From assembly GCA_024682255.1 (NCBI GenBank), contig GCA_024682255.1_4716.1: a stretch of DNA of 64,000 nt; one strand, 5' to 3'. Of this stretch, positions 58,042 through 64,000 are shown piece by piece (the stretch's first letter is position 1; each line of letters starts with the position of its first letter). The stretch is from a phage. The notes beneath the pieces are model-generated. The model saw only the letters and a program-made list of their open reading frames with translations, made no database searches and was not told where the DNA came from. The translations under genes were made by a program, and so were the position numbers.

Positions 58042-59723
58042 GCGAACAAGAAAAAGAAGTCGTGACGAATCAGGAAGCCGTTGAGCGTTCAGAGTCGTCT
58101 GTTGAAACAACGATTCCGGCAAGTTCCGAGCCTGTTGGTTCCGTACAGCAGGAAAGTAAAGACGAAGTCAACACTACTAAAGAAGATGTAGTGGCTCCAG
58201 AAGCAACCCGTGAAGAAGAACCGTCACATCCACCGCTAATCGATTTCTCGAAGGCGACGATACGTTTCCAATGCGAAGACATTCGTCCTAAGAGTCCGAA
58301 GAAAACAAAACGTCAGCCGTTGGTGTTACCGTTATATTCTCCGCGTGTGCAGACAACGTATTACCGGGAATACATCAACGAAGCAATGGATACCGTGCAA
58401 GCCATTGTCGCTCAACGCGGTAAACCGACAGACGAACAGTTTGATAAATTCAGTAAAGCGGTGGTGCAATCGGTTGCTGATGGACAATATCATCCGCGTG
58501 GTCCAGCTCACGATCGCGCGTTGGAACGTAAAGGCAGTCAGTGGACTAACGTACCCGTAGACTCATCGGGTGTTGGTCGCGTTATTCCTGGCATTCCGCA
58601 ACCGAACCATATTCCTGATGATGTCGAAGCGCCGCTGACAGGAACCGATGCGATCTATTTTGCTATCCGTAATACGAAATCAGGCGCACCTGCGGTAATG
58701 CCGTTATGGCATAGCGGTATTAAGCTGCAGTTCAATCCGCCGTCAAATGAACGTGTTGCAATTATGCACGAACGTATTGCACGCGATAAAATCCTGGGTG
58801 GTCGTGATAGCACCGGTTTCCTGTTTTCGGCAACCTCGATTATCACCATGAAGCACGCAATCGAATTAGCGTTAGAATGCTGTTACATGGCCAACGTACC
58901 GAACCTGGATATCCAGCGTTTGAAAGACATTATTCCGGTTACCGATGTTCCGGCGTTGTTGTTGAACGTGCTGGTAACCATGTATCCGTACGGGTATCCT
59001 TACGTACAGACCTGCTATCAGAATCCAGAAACCTGCGACTATCGTGTCGAAGATACCGTAAGCTTTGCGAAGCTCTATCAAGTTGACAACAGCGCAATTA
59101 CCAAACGTATGCGACAGATCATGACCGAAGGTCCGGTCATGACAGATGAACTTTTGCGTGAGTATGCGAACGAGCTGGGTGAAACGAACTCCCGTACGCT
59201 GGATCTGTCCGACAACGGTTCTGTTATCATTGAACTCGAAGTACCGAAGATCTCACGACAAATCGCCATGGGTGAACGTTGGTTAAGCGATACGCTGGAA
59301 GATCTGCGTGATATTCTATCGCGTCCGTCGATGACCGAAGAAGAGCGTGATCGTGTTATTCGTGAACGTCAGTTCTATAGCTGGATGCGTCAGTATGATG
59401 CGTGGATCAAATCGATGCATGTGTCGGTAAACGGTACCATGCGTCGTGTAAGCGATGCAGATACGGCAACGGTATTAGCACAGCTGTCTCGTGACAGCGA
59501 CCTTCGTGAACGCTATATCGATGGGCTGATGCAATTCATCGGTGATTCGACGATTGCGCTCGCAGCGATGCCTGCCTGGAAATGTCCGAAATGTAATGCC
59601 GATATTGCTGACAATCTGCGTGACCAGAAATACTACGATCTGATTGCTTTGGATGTACCCCAGCTTTTTTTTACCCTAAACTCCGTCCAATCTCTTCAGG
59701 AGGGGATGGACGCGGTATTCTAA
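58038..59723 (+). CDS. hypothetical protein (561 aa) with C-terminal CxxC element
   Basis: ATG at 58038 with AAGGAG upstream; WKCPKCN near the C-terminus. Confidence 0.8.
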   Translation: MSEQEKEVVTNQEAVERSESSVETTIPASSEPVGSVQQESKDEVNTTKEDVVAPEATREEEPSHPPLIDFSKATIRFQCEDIRPKSPKKTKRQPLVLPLYSPRVQTTYYREYINEAMDTVQAIVAQRGKPTDEQFDKFSKAVVQSVADGQYHPRGPAHDRALERKGSQWTNVPVDSSGVGRVIPGIPQPNHIPDDVEAPLTGTDAIYFAIRNTKSGAPAVMPLWHSGIKLQFNPPSNERVAIMHERIARDKILGGRDSTGFLFSATSIITMKHAIELALECCYMANVPNLDIQRLKDIIPVTDVPALLLNVLVTMYPYGYPYVQTCYQNPETCDYRVEDTVSFAKLYQVDNSAITKRMRQIMTEGPVMTDELLREYANELGETNSRTLDLSDNGSVIIELEVPKISRQIAMGERWLSDTLEDLRDILSRPSMTEEERDRVIRERQFYSWMRQYDAWIKSMHVSVNGTMRRVSDADTATVLAQLSRDSDLRERYIDGLMQFIGDSTIALAAMPAWKCPKCNADIADNLRDQKYYDLIALDVPQLFFTLNSVQSLQEGMDAVF

Positions 59724-59815
59724 TCGATCCGCGATACGGGTTACATGACGGACAACTTGTTCGTAATGATGAAAAAATCTGGGAATTGCTGTTAGCGCGT
59801 AAAGGCGATGGTGGC

Positions 59816-60145
59816 ATGAAACTGAACATCGAAATGGGTATAGCGTACGATACCATGTTTGGTTTGTACGACCGCGTTAACGAATGGACACCGTTGAAAT
59901 GGGTGGCTCAGCATCCCGCTGAAGATCCCTGGGACAGATTAGGGATTAAACCCTTAATCGAGGATTATGTTCGATTCGGTATTAAAGAGTTCATGACGCT
60001 GGATGCGTTTTTAAAAGCACCGTATCCTTACGCGCAAACGGTACTCAAAATCGCACAAGACGAACTGCGGAAACGTAGTGCGGTACTGGACGACGATGAG
60101 GACAAGTTACGACGAGAAGAAGAACGTTTACGAAACGGAAAATAA
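59816..60145 (+). CDS. hypothetical small protein (about 109 aa)
   Basis: The track's start at 59786 is TTG; the first in-frame ATG is at 59816. Start uncertain. The stop lies 1 nt before the next start. Confidence 0.5.
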   Translation: MKLNIEMGIAYDTMFGLYDRVNEWTPLKWVAQHPAEDPWDRLGIKPLIEDYVRFGIKEFMTLDAFLKAPYPYAQTVLKIAQDELRKRSAVLDDDEDKLRREEERLRNGK

Positions 60146-60146
60146 A

Positions 60147-60656
60147 ATGGCGAGATTTACCAGTTTGATTGGGTTGGATATTTGGGAAACACCGGCTGAC
60201 GTTCGGGTTATTCCTGTTAACACCGTCGGTGTGATGGGACGTGGTCTTGCTAAGCAGGCAGCCGATCGTGTGCCCGGTCTTCTTGAAGCGTACCGTAAGC
60301 AATGTCAAGATGGGTTTAAGGTGGGAGAAGTCGTGTCATATCAACACGGTGATAACGATCAACTCACTTACGTGCTGTTTCCATCAAAATCGGATTGGCG
60401 TGAAAGAACACGACGCGAGTATATCGTTAACGGTTTACTGGCGTTAAAAGCGTGGTTATTGGAGCTTCAGTTCGAAAGAGACGGCTTCTCATATCGGCGT
60501 CCGGCTGAACCGCTGATCGTTGCAATTCCTCCGGTTGGTTCTGGCTGCGGTAATATCGGCTACGGACAATCCGAAACAATCCAGCCTCAATGGGTACGCG
60601 CACAAATCAAACAGTATCTTGCCACCGTGCCAAACGTTCATTTCTACTTGTTCTAA
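60147..60656 (+). CDS. macro-domain-like (ADP-ribose binding or processing) protein
   Basis: ATG at 60147. DVRVIPVNTVGVMGRGLAKQAADR resembles the macro-domain VNAAN...GGGV...A motif, and LIVAIPPVGSGCGNIGYG resembles the hAhPxIGTGxxG motif. Confidence 0.5.
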   Translation: MARFTSLIGLDIWETPADVRVIPVNTVGVMGRGLAKQAADRVPGLLEAYRKQCQDGFKVGEVVSYQHGDNDQLTYVLFPSKSDWRERTRREYIVNGLLALKAWLLELQFERDGFSYRRPAEPLIVAIPPVGSGCGNIGYGQSETIQPQWVRAQIKQYLATVPNVHFYLF

Positions 60657-60672
60657 TGTAAAGGTAACATAA

Positions 60673-60704
60673 CCCTCTCCCAACCCGTAAGGGAAGGGAG
60701 AGGG
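60673..60704. terminator. Bidirectional hairpin of the dispersed family (core type) between convergent genes
   Basis: Lies between the plus-strand stop at 60656 and the minus-strand stop at 60722. Confidence 0.6.
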
Positions 60705-60721
60705 CTTATGCTGTTATGCTG

Positions 60722-61096
60722 TTAATCTTCGTTCCAGATGGCATCTTCCGGTGGAACAATAGGATCTTTCTTCGGCATTGATGGCACTTCATGACGATGC
60801 TTACGGAACTGCCTATCAATAACCTCACGAAGCCGGTACGCATCAACCCATGTTGATTTATTGAACAGCTCCAACGTCACAGTTAGCCGTGTTCTCGACA
60901 TTGAATAGCTTTTCTTTGCAATCAAATTGGGATAATTCAGTTGAGCGAACCACGCACGTATTTGTGCTTCGGTAAAAGCGATGCTGTAATAACTAAGTTT
61001 ACCGTCATTAAAATCGTGCGCGTGGGTGTAGCGTCCAGCGTAACGCCAGACAAGATGCACATTCAGATCGATCCATGGTGGGGTGGTATCAGCCAT
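60722..61096 (-). CDS. hypothetical protein (124 aa)
   Basis: ATG at 61096 with GAGGGTAA upstream. Confidence 0.7.
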   Translation of the reverse strand: MADTTPPWIDLNVHLVWRYAGRYTHAHDFNDGKLSYYSIAFTEAQIRAWFAQLNYPNLIAKKSYSMSRTRLTVTLELFNKSTWVDAYRLREVIDRQFRKHRHEVPSMPKKDPIVPPEDAIWNED

Positions 61097-61105
61097 GTGT
61101 TACCC

Positions 61106-61675
61106 TCAACGATTCTTCATCACTTTACCTAGGCTTTCGATATTATCCCAAAAGCGATTTTTACTTGGCGCATCACCGACGATAACCGACATCAAATCAC
61201 GACGTTCACGACTGATGATGCCTTGTGATTTCCAGATCACCATCGTCCAGCAAGCTGCCAGAACGAACAGATGGTTAATGCTTGGTTTGGTTTGCGCAAT
61301 GAACGCAAGCCATGCCCAGATACCGGTGTATACTATCGTCACTAAAAAGAGCGAGATTGTTGCAACGACAACAACGAAGTTTTGGACAGCGGGTTGATTC
61401 GCGTTATCATGAATAGCGGTAAGATCAGGAAGGTTACCTTCAACTGAACTCGTTTCATCGATTTCCAATTCTTCGATTTCTTTTCGTGTGTCAGGAGCTA
61501 ATCCAGCATCATCGAGATGCTTTTTTAACCGCTGTATGCTTAATCGTTGACCGACAGGAATGTTGATGTTGTCGTAACTATTAAGCGCATCGACCAGGGA
61601 GCGTCCGTCAACGAGAACCAAGCTCGCGGTACCCATCGTTTGCGGTTTTATTTTGTAAAGGTCTTTTACTTTCAT
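61106..61675 (-). CDS. hypothetical membrane protein (189 aa, two predicted transmembrane helices)
   Basis: ATG at 61675 with GGAGGTG upstream; hydrophobic VVVVATISLFLVTIVYTGIWAWLAFI and LFVLAACWTMVIW. Confidence 0.7.
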   Translation of the reverse strand: MKVKDLYKIKPQTMGTASLVLVDGRSLVDALNSYDNINIPVGQRLSIQRLKKHLDDAGLAPDTRKEIEELEIDETSSVEGNLPDLTAIHDNANQPAVQNFVVVVATISLFLVTIVYTGIWAWLAFIAQTKPSINHLFVLAACWTMVIWKSQGIISRERRDLMSVIVGDAPSKNRFWDNIESLGKVMKNR

Positions 61676-61696
61676 GTAGACACCACCTCCAACGTG

Positions 61697-64000
61697 TTAA
61701 GCGTCCGGCGTAAAATCAAAAGGAATGTCCGTACGAATGATATCATAACGTTTTCCGAGGAAATAGAACTCTTCGGGAACCTGGCCTGGAATGATGCTAT
61801 CACCGATGAACTGCGGATACGCCCAGATGTACTGGGTGAGTCCTTCGAACATATCCAGGTTATTTGCGTGGTTGCCCATGATACGTTTCCAGAGTTCGCG
61901 TTTATACGGCGTTTTAACATCGAACCCATAAAGCGGTGCGAGGTCTTCACCAGGAACAAATCCCAGGTAATAGTGGATCTGACTAACTGGGAAACCAAGG
62001 GTATCTCGCGGAATGGTGATCGCTTGCTCAGCCTTGGTGACATGCGTCTCAATAATCCAGTCATAGCACTCTGAATAGAACCGATCGAATTTCTCTGGAT
62101 TATACCACGCTTTGGGAAGATTGAGTTTCTCCGTGAACGCGTTCGACATGATCGTCGGCAAGAACGGAAGAACGCCGGTTTTGATCTGCGTGTATTTCGA
62201 TTTTACCCGGTTAACGAGATTCCAGCAACTGTATCCTAACTGTTCGTTACAAAACTCAACATAGAGATCGTAGTCACCACCGGATAACGGGTTGTTAATA
62301 TCACCGATGTCTGCGGCGTATTTGTTGGGATATCGGTTATTGAAAGCCAGTTTGGTTTGGTAGTCGTAGATACACGGTTTGTTGTTCGCTGTATTGATCC
62401 ACCACCAGGGTTCACCTACTTGTACACAAATGTCCTGGACATGAGGGTAAATGATATCAGCAAACGCGGTTAACACATCCCCTAACCACGTCATCGCCTG
62501 TTGGTTACATGGAGACAACAACCAAGACGGTGGCGTATATCCGGTTGCTGCGATGTTTCCTTCCCAATCCTGCTGCGCCCACTCGAACGGGCATGCGGTA
62601 CTCATCAATTCGTAACTTAAACTGATGGTGACGGAGAAATGGTGTTTTGCAGCATATGCGGCGAAAGCTTCATGCCACGCGATACAGGCCGGATTTAATA
62701 CATCCGTGGTGTTCACCAGTAACTTACCCGCACTTGGCGTCCAGACAGTATCGTAGAAATGCGACATCCCAACATAATGCACTAATTCATCTTGATACCC
62801 CGCATAAACCAGGTTCTCAAATACGCGCTCCGGCGTGATGTTGTAATGGTCATCATAAGCGGTTATCGCACGAAGTTCGTGTGGCGTACAGTGGTGGCGA
62901 CTAACCGTCATTTCCTGATACACCCCATCGATAGGAAGAATCTCGATGGTTAAACCGAGGTCGATTGGCGTTTCCAGATAGGTCGTTTCAGTCGCATCTT
63001 CCTTATAATGTCGAGAACTCATGCTGAACATCAACGACGTTACCGATTCGAGTTCGATGGGTTCGTCAGCATAGAACCCCGCCATTGCGTCATTGAAATC
63101 GATCGTCACGATTGCGCTTCTACCGTCTTCAGAGACATCGGTCGCATATCGGGTTAATGAGATATACTGACGGCTATCGTCTTTGTGTACGACGGTTAAA
63201 ACCGGCGGGTGTTCGGTATCTGCAAAGTTACGCTGATCGCCAGTAAACGTGACCTTCGCTTTAAAGATCAAACCGAGTAACGATGTCATGGGATCATACG
63301 CAATACATCCGTGATCCAGCGTATCCGTTGTCCGCCATTCTATCCCGACCAACCCGTTAGCGGTATGACATCGCATATACGCATTAAGTGTCATGTCCTC
63401 ACTGACAACCGCGAAGTTCTCTGTTGACTGACCGTTGATAATCCAATACATCGGTTGCCAGAGGTTACGCGTACCTTTTGCGTAGCGGTAGGTTGGTGCG
63501 CCTTTGGGGTTGCCATTATTAAGATGGAATACGGCAGTACCTTGATAATGGTCGTTCGTATTAATCGGAACACTGTAAGCATCGCCGAGGTCCGTACGTT
63601 CCACCTTCGTGACTGTCGCGTTTTCAAATAACCCACGTAGCGCGGGTAAACCGATATCTTCCGGCGCGTTTTCTCGACGAATCGCATCCGCGATGCGGTG
63701 GGCTAAGGCGGGGTAAATGACCTCACCCTGTTGTAGGTTTGCAAGACCTACAAAGCGATCGGGAGCGATACCAGCAATCAATAACTCGACATCACCCTTC
63801 GTTCTATCGTCGTTAAGATATTTCAGTCCGGTAAGGTCAAGATGCTGAATAAGCGACAACAGGTTGTATTTACGGTTTTCAACAGTTAGTACAAGATCGC
63901 CCGCCCAAACCAAACTTCCCTCATCCGCTGTTACTTTAACGGATTGTCGGCCCGTGGTAGACGTTGTTGTCGTTTTATTTAATTGTCCTTGTAGGAAGTC
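61697..64000 (-). CDS. hypothetical large protein, N-terminus outside the window (more than 768 aa)
   Basis: The track's start at 63913 is a TTG, and the same frame stays open with no stop to the window edge, so the gene continues upstream. Confidence 0.75.
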   Translation of the reverse strand, partial: DFLQGQLNKTTTTSTTGRQSVKVTADEGSLVWAGDLVLTVENRKYNLLSLIQHLDLTGLKYLNDDRTKGDVELLIAGIAPDRFVGLANLQQGEVIYPALAHRIADAIRRENAPEDIGLPALRGLFENATVTKVERTDLGDAYSVPINTNDHYQGTAVFHLNNGNPKGAPTYRYAKGTRNLWQPMYWIINGQSTENFAVVSEDMTLNAYMRCHTANGLVGIEWRTTDTLDHGCIAYDPMTSLLGLIFKAKVTFTGDQRNFADTEHPPVLTVVHKDDSRQYISLTRYATDVSEDGRSAIVTIDFNDAMAGFYADEPIELESVTSLMFSMSSRHYKEDATETTYLETPIDLGLTIEILPIDGVYQEMTVSRHHCTPHELRAITAYDDHYNITPERVFENLVYAGYQDELVHYVGMSHFYDTVWTPSAGKLLVNTTDVLNPACIAWHEAFAAYAAKHHFSVTISLSYELMSTACPFEWAQQDWEGNIAATGYTPPSWLLSPCNQQAMTWLGDVLTAFADIIYPHVQDICVQVGEPWWWINTANNKPCIYDYQTKLAFNNRYPNKYAADIGDINNPLSGGDYDLYVEFCNEQLGYSCWNLVNRVKSKYTQIKTGVLPFLPTIMSNAFTEKLNLPKAWYNPEKFDRFYSECYDWIIETHVTKAEQAITIPRDTLGFPVSQIHYYLGFVPGEDLAPLYGFDVKTPYKRELWKRIMGNHANNLDMFEGLTQYIWAYPQFIGDSIIPGQVPEEFYFLGKRYDIIRTDIPFDFTPDA

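Noticed and set aside
46139-58053. 16-nt identity catgagcgaacaagaa at the start codons of two plus-strand genes (46139 and 58036)
   Set aside because: A 16-mer match is expected by chance about once in a 64-kb window, and both copies simply encode MSEQE.
110-60704. Possibility that the repeated hairpins are a CRISPR array or host REP-type elements
   Set aside because: Copies are kilobases apart, each is an internally palindromic hairpin rather than a direct repeat with unique spacers, and each sits at a gene boundary. This fits terminators, not CRISPR.
1-64000. Integrase, attachment sites, transposase or a lysogeny module
   Set aside because: No recombinase motifs (tyrosine or serine) or flanking direct repeats were seen. 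The gene content fits a lytic jumbo phage.

Overview
This window reads as a densely packed double-stranded DNA phage segment, most likely from a phiKZ-like jumbo phage of an enterobacterial host; that identification is an inference from gene content, not a database match. About 55 genes are called, mostly on the minus strand, and most starts were checked by hand for an ATG with a Shine-Dalgarno-like site. Functions were assigned only where a motif could be read directly from the translation; everything else is left as hypothetical protein.

Functional calls and what supports them:
- RNA polymerase beta-prime C-terminal fragment (55284-56585, minus): contains DDCGTHE and a bridge-helix-like segment; a split multisubunit polymerase is typical of phiKZ-like phages.
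- DnaB-family helicase-like protein (9734-11344, plus): IDYL motif and downstream DnaB-like motifs, but a non-canonical Walker A.
- DNA polymerase exonuclease-domain gene (46141-47640, plus): Exo I, II and III motifs.
- HNH homing endonuclease (47708-48814, plus), followed by a structured non-coding stretch with group I intron core features.
- HEXXH metallopeptidase-like membrane protein (44609-45919, minus).
- Macro-domain-like protein (60147-60656, plus).
- Putative major capsid protein (6702-8924, minus), called on size and codon bias only.

Most worth a second look:
- The candidate group I intron with its HNH gene next to the polymerase gene.
- A family of about 17 GC-rich intergenic hairpins whose arms co-vary, apparently acting as terminators and often followed by a TATG-containing sequence.
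- A tandem array of nine small genes (49515-54417), each with its own hairpin and leader.
- A cluster of four to five tandem paralogs (24130-30717).
- An exact 25-nt repeat shared between a coding region and an intergenic hairpin.

No tRNA, CRISPR array, integrase or attachment site was seen. All homology statements rest on motifs read by eye and need a database search to confirm.
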